From: Clostridiales bacterium
GTDB taxonomy: Bacteria > Bacillota > Clostridia > Oscillospirales > CAG-272
DNA: 64,000 nt
Direction of reading: 5' to 3'
Assembly (NCBI GenBank): GCA_022800625.1
Contig: JAAWQR010000002.1
Coordinates: forward strand, 25,596-89,595
How positions within the stretch are numbered: the first letter of the stretch is position 1; the number at the start of each line of letters is the position of its first letter. Below the pieces are notes generated by a model. The model was not told where the DNA came from. It saw only the letters and a list, made by a program, of their open reading frames with translations, and searched no databases. Of this stretch, positions 45,746-55,436 are shown piece after piece. Made by a program: the position numbers and the translations under genes.

Positions 45746-46735
45746 TTGAACATAATAACGGCAGATAAAAAACAAAGCCGCCGTACTTTTCTTTATCTTT
45801 GGATACTTATTGCTCTGCTTGCTCTGCTTGTCTGCGCTACATACACGTGGTTTTCTCTGAGCACGCGTCCGCGTGTCAGCAGTATGGAGATGTATATTTC
45901 CTCAGGCGCGGGACTTGAACTTGCAAAAACTTATGACGCTCCTGACAGCGAATGGGGGCAGGAGATAGACGGAGGCTCCATTATCGGTGAAAATGTATCG
46001 CTGAAGCCTGCCACATGGTCGGAGTCGAAACAAAAGCTGATAGCAGTAAATTATGGTACTGACGGCAGAATCACCGATGTGTCATCTGAGCTTGAAGACA
46101 CGGCGGACGCAAACCGTCCCGACGGATATTATGCTCTCGGAACATTCTATGCAAGGACGGATCAAAGCTGTAAGGTTTCCCTTGCGGAAGCGGTTGCGGT
46201 AAACGGAGGTGAAAATGCTTCCGGCACTTATGTTATAGGCACGCCTGTATGGAACATTGAGACGATACTTCACGACGACGGCGGCAGCGGTGCGGAAAGC
46301 GCGGTAAGATTCGGCTTTAAGCTAACACAGATAAATCCTGCGACAGGCGAAGATATATCGGATTCGGTTATGTTTATATACGAACCGAACAGCGATAAGC
46401 ATACAGGCGGTGAAACAGGTTATATTCCCACGCCGAGCATCGACGGCACTGATACGCTCTCTCCGAGACTGATAACACAAAGCGCGTCGCTCTGGACGGA
46501 CACATATCCTGTGCAGAGGGAAGTTATCTTACATACTCCCGGCAAATTTGATTCAACCCCGATGCTTTTTTCTGTGAAAGCCGGTGAGATATATAAAATA
46601 CAGCTTTATATATGGCTTGAGGGGCAGGACGCGGACTGTACGAACGATATAAGGGATGCAATGATCTTAGCAAATATCGGATTCAAAACAGATTACAGCG
46701 GTCAGACAGGTCTTGAAGAGATTCCGCAGAACTGA
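45746..46735 (+). CDS. TasA-like SipW-cognate secreted protein (329 aa)
   Basis: LLALLVCATYTWFSLSTRPRVSSMEMYISSGAGLELA N-terminus. C-terminal LYIWLEGQDADCTNDIRDAMILANIGF. TTG start after GGATGGAG. Confidence 0.6.
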   Translation: MNIITADKKQSRRTFLYLWILIALLALLVCATYTWFSLSTRPRVSSMEMYISSGAGLELAKTYDAPDSEWGQEIDGGSIIGENVSLKPATWSESKQKLIAVNYGTDGRITDVSSELEDTADANRPDGYYALGTFYARTDQSCKVSLAEAVAVNGGENASGTYVIGTPVWNIETILHDDGGSGAESAVRFGFKLTQINPATGEDISDSVMFIYEPNSDKHTGGETGYIPTPSIDGTDTLSPRLITQSASLWTDTYPVQREVILHTPGKFDSTPMLFSVKAGEIYKIQLYIWLEGQDADCTNDIRDAMILANIGFKTDYSGQTGLEEIPQN

Positions 46736-46795
46736 AAACGTAAAATTGAAAGTAAAAATTAAGAAAATATAAAAATGATAGAGAGGAAGTTTATT

Positions 46796-47917
46796 ATGAG
46801 GAAAAGTCAGGTTGATATTCCCGTAGCTGAAGGCTCAGAAGCTGTTTTGACGAAGCCGAAAAAAGGGAAAAAAATTGCGAGCATCGTTATAAATGTAGTT
46901 TTAATAATTGCTATTGTGCTTGCAGCCATGTGTACTTATGTTTCATATGTCAGCACATCGGGAAGCGGGGTTCCCAGTATCTTCGGCGCACGTATCTTTT
47001 CAATTCAGACAAAATCAATGTATCCTACGCTTAATTCCGGAGACTTGATTTTTGATGTCAGAGTTAAAGATGCGTCGGAACTTCAGGTTGATGATATTAT
47101 TACGTACTGGACTGTAATTGACGGAGAGCGTGTACTCAATACGCATAGAATCAACGAAATATATGACGGCGGAGGATACCGTATTTTTCAAACAAAAGGT
47201 GATGCTAACACTCTGGAGGACTCACTGACTGTTCATGAGTCGGAGATCGTCGGCCGTTATACCGGTCGCAAGATCAACGGACTCGGAAAGGTTTTCGACT
47301 ATTTACAGACAAGCACGGGATTTATGATAGTTGTGGTAGTTCCCGTAGCAATATTCTTCCTTTTTCACCTGATTCAGTTCTTCCGTGTTCTGTTTGAGTA
47401 TCAGAATGTTAAGAATAAACTTCTTTATGAGCAGGAGCGCGGAAAGACGGAAGACTTGGTTGCAGATGAAAAGCGTGCGAACGAGGAAGCAAAGCAGAAG
47501 GAGAGAGAACGTCTTGAGGCTGAGCTTCGCGAACAGCTTAAAGAAGAAATACTTAAATCAGGTGCGCTTGATTTAAGCGGGGAAACAAAGACGATTTCTG
47601 AAAAAGATAGTAAAGCAGACGATGCAGAAGCTAAAGTAAAGGCGGAAGCTGAAGAACGCGCAAAGCTTGAAGTCGAGCTTCGCGAAAAGATTATGGCTGA
47701 AGAAGCTGCAAAGGCAGAGGCTGCTGCAAAGGCAAAAGCCGAAGAAGAAGCTAAGGCTGAAGAACGCGCAAGGCTTGAAGCCGAGCTTCGTGAAAAGATC
47801 AAAGCGGAGATGGCAGCAGAAGCTGCGTCAGCCGCAAAGACTGAAGCTGTTTCCGATGACTCAGAATCAGCCGCAGAAAACGGCGAGTTTCAGTCAGTCG
47901 AGACGGACAAAGAATAA
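46796..47917 (+). CDS. sipW: SipW-type (S26B, ER/archaeal-type) signal peptidase I with a cytoplasmic E/A/K-rich tail of about 170 aa
   Basis: SIQTKSMYPTLNSGDLIF (catalytic Ser), NTHRINEI (His), TKGDANTLED. A second TM FMIVVVVPVAIFFLFHLIQFF, then three ER..LE.ELRE repeats. Confidence 0.8.
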   Translation: MRKSQVDIPVAEGSEAVLTKPKKGKKIASIVINVVLIIAIVLAAMCTYVSYVSTSGSGVPSIFGARIFSIQTKSMYPTLNSGDLIFDVRVKDASELQVDDIITYWTVIDGERVLNTHRINEIYDGGGYRIFQTKGDANTLEDSLTVHESEIVGRYTGRKINGLGKVFDYLQTSTGFMIVVVVPVAIFFLFHLIQFFRVLFEYQNVKNKLLYEQERGKTEDLVADEKRANEEAKQKERERLEAELREQLKEEILKSGALDLSGETKTISEKDSKADDAEAKVKAEAEERAKLEVELREKIMAEEAAKAEAAAKAKAEEEAKAEERARLEAELREKIKAEMAAEAASAAKTEAVSDDSESAAENGEFQSVETDKE

Positions 47918-47954
47918 GTTAAACACGATTTTTGGTATGATCCGATAATACGGC

Positions 47955-49529
47955 ATGGAGGAAAACATGGATCACTTTTTAAAGTATTTCTTTCAGGATA
48001 TAGGCAGGGTGTTCCGTGCTTTTCTTGAGATTCTCAGCTCGTTTTTCAACTTTTTGAATTATCTGCTCAATTTTCCGATGCGTCTTGAGCTTATCCGTGA
48101 ATATAACGGTGAATTTTCCGTCATGGAATGGGTGATGCTTGTTATTACCGAGATCGTATTGATCGCGCTGATTGTGTTGCTTATTTTAGGACTTTTGAGA
48201 CTGTTCAGAAAATTGTTCAGATTCAGGGTTCCGGTCAAAAAGTATGATGAACTTACACGTCAGGTGAGAAATCTGCAAAGAGATCTGCTTCGCGCAAACT
48301 ACGAAAAGGATCGGCTTCTTAATATGAAAGTCGCTGAGCTTGGCGGAAATCCCGAACTGCCCGAGGAAGAGGGCGAGGACGGTGATAAGCCGGATCTTCC
48401 CGAGAGTAACAGAAATACCTTTGAGTCTCCGTGCATAGCGCCGGGGGACAGCAGATTCTTCAGGCTGACAACGGTTGATAATTTCTACAAAACCGATTAT
48501 ATTCCGCCGATATATGATTCTGACTTTGATCTTGCGGGTATTTGTGAGCAGTTCAGGCTGTTTGCAGCTTCAGAACTCGGACTTTACTATGATCTTGATA
48601 TGATGCGTTACTTTATTGCATCGATGGGCGCTGCGCGGATCATCATTTTGCAGGGTATTTCAGGTACGGGTAAAACATCGCTTCCGTATGCGTTCGGTAA
48701 ATTTGTCGGAAAGGATACTACTGTCGTATCCGTGCAGCCTGCATGGCGTGAACGTACTGAGCTTTACGGTTATTACAATGAATTTACCAAAAAATACTCG
48801 GAAACAGACTTTTTGCGTGCGATTTATGAGGCTAATTATTACAGAGATCCGCATATCGTTATTCTTGATGAGATGAATATTGCTCGAGTCGAATATTATT
48901 TTGCCGAAATGCTTTCCATTCTTGAAATGCCGAGGCAGGATGAGTGGAAGGTAAATATCGTGTCTTCTCTGTGGGCTAACGATCCATGCCTTATAAACGA
49001 CGGCGCTGTACAGATACCGAACAATGTCTGGTTTGTAGGAACGATCAATAACGACGACTCAACCTTTGCTGTATCCGACAAGGTGTATGACCGTGCTATT
49101 CCGATTGACCTAGACGCAAGAGCTGAAGCGTTTGAGTGTGAACACACTTCAGCTGTCAGCATTTCAACGGATCGCTTGGCAAAGCTGTTTGAAAAGGCAA
49201 AAGAAGAGTATACTGTATCCGATGAAATGTGGAAAAAGCTTGATGAGCTTGACGCTTATCTTGTTAAAAATTTCAAACTCACTTTCGGTAACCGTATAAA
49301 TAAACAGATCGGCGACTTTATTCCGTGCCTTATCGCCTGCGGCGGTACTGAGATACAGGGCGCTGACTTTATGGTGGCAAAAAAAGTGCTCAGAAAATTT
49401 GAGTCTCTTTCTCTCGGTTTTATGAAAGATGAGTTGACAAAATTCAACGCATATCTTGATAAGCTGTTCGGTAAAAACAGTATGCCGATATGTAAGGAAT
49501 ACATAGATTATCTAAAGAAAAACAACTAA
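47955..49529 (+). CDS. membrane-tethered McrB-like AAA+ NTPase
   Basis: N-terminal TM WVMLVITEIVLIALIVLLILGLL and a coiled coil. Then LQGISGTGKTSLPYAFGKF (Walker A), SVQPAWRERTELYGYYN, HIVILDEMNIARVEYYFAEMLSILE (Walker B) and WFVGTINNDDSTFAVSDKVYDRA, as in the McrB/AAA_5 family. The start may be ATG 47967. Confidence 0.7.
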   Translation: MEENMDHFLKYFFQDIGRVFRAFLEILSSFFNFLNYLLNFPMRLELIREYNGEFSVMEWVMLVITEIVLIALIVLLILGLLRLFRKLFRFRVPVKKYDELTRQVRNLQRDLLRANYEKDRLLNMKVAELGGNPELPEEEGEDGDKPDLPESNRNTFESPCIAPGDSRFFRLTTVDNFYKTDYIPPIYDSDFDLAGICEQFRLFAASELGLYYDLDMMRYFIASMGAARIIILQGISGTGKTSLPYAFGKFVGKDTTVVSVQPAWRERTELYGYYNEFTKKYSETDFLRAIYEANYYRDPHIVILDEMNIARVEYYFAEMLSILEMPRQDEWKVNIVSSLWANDPCLINDGAVQIPNNVWFVGTINNDDSTFAVSDKVYDRAIPIDLDARAEAFECEHTSAVSISTDRLAKLFEKAKEEYTVSDEMWKKLDELDAYLVKNFKLTFGNRINKQIGDFIPCLIACGGTEIQGADFMVAKKVLRKFESLSLGFMKDELTKFNAYLDKLFGKNSMPICKEYIDYLKKNN

Positions 49530-49550
49530 CAGTCGAAGGGAGGAGTCATA

Positions 49551-51386
49551 ATGGCTGATATGGAAATAAAAACTAAAGAGGCAGATGACGAGCAGAGTGA
49601 TTCTTCTCTTATCGATCCTATTTATAAAAGCTTTACGGGAAGTGTGATGAGGGCACTTGACAGCACGGAATTTTATGAGTTTTTCATGGATGCGATGTCA
49701 AGGAGCAATCACCGGATACAGTTTTCAAATAGACGTGAGATTAAGAGCGTTGATCCGACATGGGTTGAAGCTATCGAAGAAGCGCTCGACAGCGTGCAGG
49801 GAGTTATAAATTCTCCGCGCAGTATAATTAAAGAAGACGAGCTTATAGTCAATATTGCAAACGCGAAAATGACAGGTCCCGATGTTGTCCGCCATATTGC
49901 ACAGCATGCGTCTCTTGTTGAATCTTACGATGAAGCTACGGGAGACGTTCACCCGAACAAAGTAATGCAGAAATATCGGGACGAATCAAATGATTTGTAC
50001 GAAAACAGGGTTGTATATACAACGCTTGAGAGAGCTTATCATTTTGTAAAGATAAGACATGACGCGCTGTTCGCAGTTATGAATGATGAATTCGGCGCGA
50101 AACTGAAAGTAAATTCCGATATGAGCACTGCGACGGAACAAATCAAATTTGATATGTTCGTTCACATTAAAGATATTGACAGTATGATGGCAACCGATGA
50201 AAAGAACCGCAAAATATTTGAGAGGATTTCAAGAATATATCGCCTGCTCAGTATGTTTATGAATACTCCTTTTGCGGAGCAGATGAAAAGATTGCCGAAA
50301 GTGCACGGAGCAATTTCAAAGACGAATGTTCTTAAAAAGAATCCGAACTACCGTACAGTTGTAAAGCTTTATGAATTTCTTAAATCTTATGACGATATTG
50401 GTTATAATATTAAGGTGGTAGAGCAGAATCCTGTAGTCAGCGAAGAATTCCGGCGGGATATTTTCCATAATATTATGTTTAATTATATCGTGCTGAAGGG
50501 ATATCTCGAAAGCGAGCGAGACAGGCAGACCGTTACTGCTGCAAGGGAAAAGAAGCGTAAGCTAAAGCCGAAATTTATAAAGCAGATAATTGAAGAACTA
50601 ACGGAAAATTACGACCTGCCTGACGTTGAGGTTCGCAAAGTTCTGATTGAAGAGCTGACGCGGGAGCAGCTTATGCAGGAGGAAGAAGCCGAGCGATTGC
50701 GACTTGTTGAAGAAGCGGAAGCACGCCGCCGCGAGGAAGATGAAAGAGCACGCCTTGAGAGAGAGGCGGAGGAAGAACGAATTCGCCTTGAAAGAGAAGC
50801 TGAGGAGGAGAGAATCCGTCAGGAAGAGGCAGCTAAGGAAGAACTGAGACTTCAGGCTGAAAAGGCGAAGCTTGCGGAAGAGCGCCGCCGTGCTAATCTT
50901 TTCAGACGTGAGATTGAATATTTCAGAAATCACATATATAATCAGATGGAAGAGCGGCGCGAAACTGCCGCTGAAATTATAGCTGAGACAGAAGACTTTG
51001 CGGATGCAGTACTTATCCTTGAAGAAACAGAGCGCTTAAAGAGAGAAGAACTTGAGCGTGAGCGAACTCGCCGCCGTGAAGAGGAAGAACGTATAAAACG
51101 CAAAGCTGAGCTTGAAGCAGAGGCTGCGCGGAAGAAAGCTGAGGAACGGCTGGCAAAACTGAGGCTTGCAAAGGAAGAGGAAGAAGCACGCCTTGAAAGA
51201 GAGCGGCAGGAGCAAAGAGAATCTGAAAAGCAGAGATGCCGCGAACTTCTCGTTGACTATGTCAGGGAATTGCGGGACTTTTCAGAAAAACTTAATGACA
51301 GAATGGCAGATCGTGAGCGTCAGCGTGCCGAAACAGAGGCAAGAGAGCTTCAGCGTAAGCTGGCGCGTGACAGACGCGGGGCTTAA
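49551..51386 (+). CDS. McrC-N-terminal/DUF2357-like protein fused to an ER/K-rich helical tail of about 250 aa; no nuclease motif seen
   Basis: Sits 21 nt after the AAA+ gene. DLYENRVVYTTLERAY resembles the ENR motif of McrC-like partners (weak call). Residues from about 365 to 611 are E/R/K/A-rich (ERARLEREAEEERIRLEREAEEERIRQEE...). Confidence 0.45.
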   Translation: MADMEIKTKEADDEQSDSSLIDPIYKSFTGSVMRALDSTEFYEFFMDAMSRSNHRIQFSNRREIKSVDPTWVEAIEEALDSVQGVINSPRSIIKEDELIVNIANAKMTGPDVVRHIAQHASLVESYDEATGDVHPNKVMQKYRDESNDLYENRVVYTTLERAYHFVKIRHDALFAVMNDEFGAKLKVNSDMSTATEQIKFDMFVHIKDIDSMMATDEKNRKIFERISRIYRLLSMFMNTPFAEQMKRLPKVHGAISKTNVLKKNPNYRTVVKLYEFLKSYDDIGYNIKVVEQNPVVSEEFRRDIFHNIMFNYIVLKGYLESERDRQTVTAAREKKRKLKPKFIKQIIEELTENYDLPDVEVRKVLIEELTREQLMQEEEAERLRLVEEAEARRREEDERARLEREAEEERIRLEREAEEERIRQEEAAKEELRLQAEKAKLAEERRRANLFRREIEYFRNHIYNQMEERRETAAEIIAETEDFADAVLILEETERLKREELERERTRRREEEERIKRKAELEAEAARKKAEERLAKLRLAKEEEEARLERERQEQRESEKQRCRELLVDYVRELRDFSEKLNDRMADRERQRAETEARELQRKLARDRRGA

Positions 51387-51451
51387 AACGGCGATATGAT
51401 ACTTTTTCGGCAGTCCGAATAAAAAATCAAAGGAAAGGTACGGTTATTTAT

Positions 51452-52723
51452 ATGTTAAAGCATTCAACAAAGCTTATATTTGCATTTATTCTGTTAATCG
51501 TTGCCTTTACTATGATAGTTGCAAGCACATACGCATGGCTTAATATTTCAACAAATCCTGCGGCTGACGGTATCAAGGTTGCTGTGGCGGGCGGAAACAC
51601 GATTTTGGTAGCGCCTGATATTACATCGAACGAATACGGAGAAGTTTGCCACTTTCCCGGTGAGTTTTCCGAGCGGCTTGATTTTGAGAGCAACGTCAAT
51701 TATGATTATTTGAAGAATCTGTCAGGCTTGACTCCGGTATCTACGGCTGACGGTATTCACTGGTTTTACCCTGTATATAACGGTCTTACGGGACATACTG
51801 ATACAGGGCGGATCGGCGGATATGCTGAGGATACGGATATGCTTCACGCGAATCTTACGGAAAGCAGTGAAGTGTCTGCGGCGGAGGCTCATTATGCTTT
51901 TCTTGATTTTTGGGCAGTAGCCCCGGCGGCTGAATATACGCTGAGAGTGTCCACTGTTCCGGGAAATTCAAATACATATGTGTTGAGCGTGCCCAAGCCG
52001 GTTGAGGCGGAAAACGGCGGATTTGAGCTTGATTCGGGGAACGCCGTCACGGAGGCTTGTCTCAGAGTCGGATTTTTGACAAATAATACGGTGCTCGGAA
52101 CACCGTCAATGCTGAGTTATACTCAGAGCGAGAGATACTCTGACAGATATCGTTCCCTGCGAGGAGAATATGAAAATATTTCGACAAGCGGTGAAGGGCA
52201 GTTTAAATTTACGATTTTCGAACCAAATGCAGATCTTCACCCGACAGATGAATTGTTAAACGGCGCTTATATTACGACCGAGCCGATAGTGTCTCAGGAC
52301 GGAAGCGTTGCCGATATAAGAGACAGAGTTACAGTTCAGCGGCACAGCAGTTGGAACAGAACTTTGCACCAGAGCTTTGCAGCTGTCGGACAAGGTATAG
52401 ATTCAATTGACGGCGCGTTGAATTTATTTAAAAATGATTTTGAAGGCAGGCTTTCAGGGTACGCGGAGTCGGGAAGCTTTGTGTCAAGCACGCGAGGTTT
52501 GTATGACGCAGCGGATATGACGGGCGGCACAGTAGCTTCTGACGTGCTGCAAAAAGCTGCATCTGGCGGATCGGCTGAGGATATATCAATAGTAAAGCTT
52601 GAAAAAAATGTTCCGCAGAGAATACGAATGTTTGTATGGCTTGAGGGACAGGATGCCGACTGTGTGAACAGCGCGGCGGACGCCGGTATTTCAATAAATA
52701 TTGAGTTTGCCGGAGGCAATTGA
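51452..52723 (+). CDS. TasA-like SipW-cognate secreted protein (423 aa)
   Basis: LLIVAFTMIVASTYAWLNISTNPAADGIKVAVAGGN N-terminus. C-terminal RMFVWLEGQDADCVNSAADAGISINIEF. Confidence 0.6.
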   Translation: MLKHSTKLIFAFILLIVAFTMIVASTYAWLNISTNPAADGIKVAVAGGNTILVAPDITSNEYGEVCHFPGEFSERLDFESNVNYDYLKNLSGLTPVSTADGIHWFYPVYNGLTGHTDTGRIGGYAEDTDMLHANLTESSEVSAAEAHYAFLDFWAVAPAAEYTLRVSTVPGNSNTYVLSVPKPVEAENGGFELDSGNAVTEACLRVGFLTNNTVLGTPSMLSYTQSERYSDRYRSLRGEYENISTSGEGQFKFTIFEPNADLHPTDELLNGAYITTEPIVSQDGSVADIRDRVTVQRHSSWNRTLHQSFAAVGQGIDSIDGALNLFKNDFEGRLSGYAESGSFVSSTRGLYDAADMTGGTVASDVLQKAASGGSAEDISIVKLEKNVPQRIRMFVWLEGQDADCVNSAADAGISINIEFAGGN

Positions 52724-53501
52724 TCAGAGGTACGATTACACTGTGAGGAAAAGTAAAAAAGCGGGAAAGATAATTTCCGGATGCATAAATGTAATTCTCG
52801 GAATTGTGCTGGTCTTGTGTATCGGAATTACGGCTCAGGTGCTTACAAGAGGATACGCAAGCTGCTTCGGATTCAGTATGTTCAGGGTAGTTACAGGGAG
52901 CATGGAACCGACGCTTCATATAGGAACGGTTCTTGTTTCCCGTGATGTTGATATAAATACTGTACAGAAGGACGATATCATATGCTTCAAATCTCTTGAC
53001 TCTGCGATGCGCGGACAGTCTGTGACTCACCGCGTTGTATCAGTCATGAAAGACGGCAGCGGAGAAATATTGCTTGAAACAAGAGGAGATGCAAACAGTT
53101 CTGCCGACGGCAGTCTTGTCAGAGAATCGAATTTTATCGGTAAGGTGATATGGTATTCAAAGGGTGAAAATGTGGGGACGGTAATTTTGGGAATCCTTTC
53201 AAACCGAATCGGCTTTTTAGCCTGTGTGCTTTTCCCCTGTCTGCTTTGTGCAGGGATAGTAATGAGCCATTGCGTCCGTAATATTAAGCGTGAGATGGAT
53301 GAAGCTTTGCGTCAGCTTGAAAAGCTTGAAAACGAACAACAGGGCGATGGGGAGACTCAGTCGCTGTCTGTATACGACGTATTTACGCCTGAAGAAATTG
53401 AAGCCATTCGAGAGCAGGTTTTAGAGGAATTGATGATACAGGCAAAGCCAGAGAGGGAATATGAGGATATTGAAACGGAATCAGAAGGAAAAACAGAATA
53501 A
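52701..53501 (+). CDS. sipW: second SipW-type signal peptidase I
   Basis: FRVVTGSMEPTLHIGTVLV, VTHRVVSV, TRGDANSSADG, a second TM and a short acidic tail. The start codon is uncertain (TTG 52701 or GTG 52743). Confidence 0.75.
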   Translation: MSLPEAIDQRYDYTVRKSKKAGKIISGCINVILGIVLVLCIGITAQVLTRGYASCFGFSMFRVVTGSMEPTLHIGTVLVSRDVDINTVQKDDIICFKSLDSAMRGQSVTHRVVSVMKDGSGEILLETRGDANSSADGSLVRESNFIGKVIWYSKGENVGTVILGILSNRIGFLACVLFPCLLCAGIVMSHCVRNIKREMDEALRQLEKLENEQQGDGETQSLSVYDVFTPEEIEAIREQVLEELMIQAKPEREYEDIETESEGKTE

Positions 53502-55374
53502 TGAACTGAATTCATTCCGAAAAAGAATATACCTGAAGCTTGCAATGGCAATATCCCTCGGAGTTTTGATAGTGGCTCTAATATTTGCTGTAAGCATCGC
53601 ATGGTATACCAATGTAGTGCAGACAAGCGGACTGAGCTTTGAGGCGTCTGTTTGGGGATTTAAAGGAAATGTGGAGATTCAGGATGAAAGCATTATAGGT
53701 GCGCGTCCCGGAAAAAACGGCACTGTCGGTATGACTTTTGAAAATTCGGGAGATGAGATTGTTTATGCAGGCGTTGAAGTGAGCAAAGAGCTTATGAGCC
53801 GCGATCTACAAAAACGTATATATTTTTATATTGATTCTTCAAAGGGAATCAATGAAGAAACTGTTGAAAAAGTTTATCTCGGCGGAAGCGATAATTATTC
53901 TTATTTGCTGATGCCTAAGGATACATTATCTTTGACTGATGAAGTACATGACAATGCTCCCGTAAAATGGGAGTGGGTGTACGATGTTTTGGGTTATTAC
54001 GTTAAAGGCACGGTTACTGAGGGAGATGACGGAAAATTCAATCTTTCATCAGATGCCGAATATATAATGCCTGTAAAATATGACTATGACAAGGCTACAT
54101 TTGACGATGACGGATTTTTAGAAACCGTTGACGGAGAAAAAACGTCGGCGGAATTTATAGCTGAGATTTCCTCAAAAGACGGATATAAGGGAACGGTTGA
54201 CACGAACGCGGCACGCGGAAATTATTATGCAGTTGATGTTGAGGAGAACACGGGCATTTGGCTTTGTCTGCTTACGAAGCCTGAGATAGAATATGAGACT
54301 GTTATTGATACGGCATTAGGAAGTAAAAATCCCGATGAGGAGCTTTCAAAATTTACAGCACGTCTTACCGTGACAGCTGTAAACGGAGATTTGGTTCAGA
54401 ACAATATCGGTACTGCAGAAGATTTGAAAGAGGCGCTGTCGGCGGGAGACGAGTATATAAAGCTGACAAATTCAGTTACTCTTGACAGTTATATTGAGCT
54501 TCCGAGAGGAAAATCATCAGTTCTTGATCTTAACGGGAATGTGCTTACGGCGTCATATGTTGCAATGGTGACATGGGAAGGCTCTTCTCTTACTGTTGTA
54601 AACGGCGATATAGAGTGTATAGGGGAAAAAGTGCCGGCATTTCAGATCGTAGGAAGCAAACTTGAATTGGTGAATGTCGGTGTTAAATCCAAGTGGCAAG
54701 GTTTGCTTATTGCAGATTATGTCGGATCGGGAGCTACATCTGAGGTAAGATTGTCCGGGTGCAAAATTGACGCTGAATATTGTGCACTTACACTTTGCGG
54801 AAACGGAACGCTTTCTGAGCAGAAAACTCATGTTTATATTAAGGACAGCGAAATCACAAGTTCCAATTTAGCGATAAGCGGTAGCGGAACGGTTACGGAA
54901 AACGGACAATGGGGTACCGATGTCTATATTTTGAACAGCAAAGTTAACGGTGGTGCGGCAGCGATATATCAACCGCAGCAAAAAAGCTCTCTAACAGTTT
55001 CGGGAAGTGACATTACGGGAGGCGTAGGAATTGCCGTAAAGGGCGGAGATATATTGATAAAAGGCGGCAGTATTGTAAAGGGAACTGATGAAAAAATGCC
55101 TGCGGACTTTACATCAGGCGGATTTACACAGACAGGAGACGGACTTTACATCGAAACAAATTATGACTGGGATCGCAGCGTTCAAATCGACGGAGGAAGC
55201 AGAATAATCAGTGAAAAATCCGAGGCAATCGAAGTTTATAAGGCAGACGACGCGAGAACCTCACTTTCTGTTCGGGAAGGTTTTTACAGCTCAGATGTTT
55301 CAAGTCTGATCGATGTAACTCAATATTCCTGCGCCCTCGGTGAAGATGGTTTTTATGAAGTAGTTAAAAAATAA
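53461..55374 (+). CDS. SipW-cognate protein with C-terminal parallel-beta-helix-like domain (637 aa)
   Basis: LIVALIFAVSIAWYTNVVQTSGLSFEASVWG N-terminus. The C-terminal half has G-rich turn repeats and SSVLDLNGNVLTA, similar to YIDLNGHNLDGN in the 2524-aa protein. Overlaps the sipW-2 3' end by 41 nt. Confidence 0.55.
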   Translation: MRILKRNQKEKQNNELNSFRKRIYLKLAMAISLGVLIVALIFAVSIAWYTNVVQTSGLSFEASVWGFKGNVEIQDESIIGARPGKNGTVGMTFENSGDEIVYAGVEVSKELMSRDLQKRIYFYIDSSKGINEETVEKVYLGGSDNYSYLLMPKDTLSLTDEVHDNAPVKWEWVYDVLGYYVKGTVTEGDDGKFNLSSDAEYIMPVKYDYDKATFDDDGFLETVDGEKTSAEFIAEISSKDGYKGTVDTNAARGNYYAVDVEENTGIWLCLLTKPEIEYETVIDTALGSKNPDEELSKFTARLTVTAVNGDLVQNNIGTAEDLKEALSAGDEYIKLTNSVTLDSYIELPRGKSSVLDLNGNVLTASYVAMVTWEGSSLTVVNGDIECIGEKVPAFQIVGSKLELVNVGVKSKWQGLLIADYVGSGATSEVRLSGCKIDAEYCALTLCGNGTLSEQKTHVYIKDSEITSSNLAISGSGTVTENGQWGTDVYILNSKVNGGAAAIYQPQQKSSLTVSGSDITGGVGIAVKGGDILIKGGSIVKGTDEKMPADFTSGGFTQTGDGLYIETNYDWDRSVQIDGGSRIISEKSEAIEVYKADDARTSLSVREGFYSSDVSSLIDVTQYSCALGEDGFYEVVKK

Positions 55375-55436
55375 GAGACTGCGATCTTGATTGTGCGCAC
55401 ATTACTGTTTTTAATATTAAAGGGGGAAGCGCGGAA

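Noticed and set aside
47425-47802. 125-aa minus-strand ORF rich in S/A (SSASSLARSSALASSS...)
   Set aside because: It is the antisense reading of the GAA/GCT/AAG-rich E/A/K tail of sipW-1. Low-complexity mirror ORF with no RBS.
52336-53030. Minus-strand ORFs 52336-52719 and 52428-53030
   Set aside because: Antisense to the TasA-like gene and sipW-2. Composition-driven open frames.
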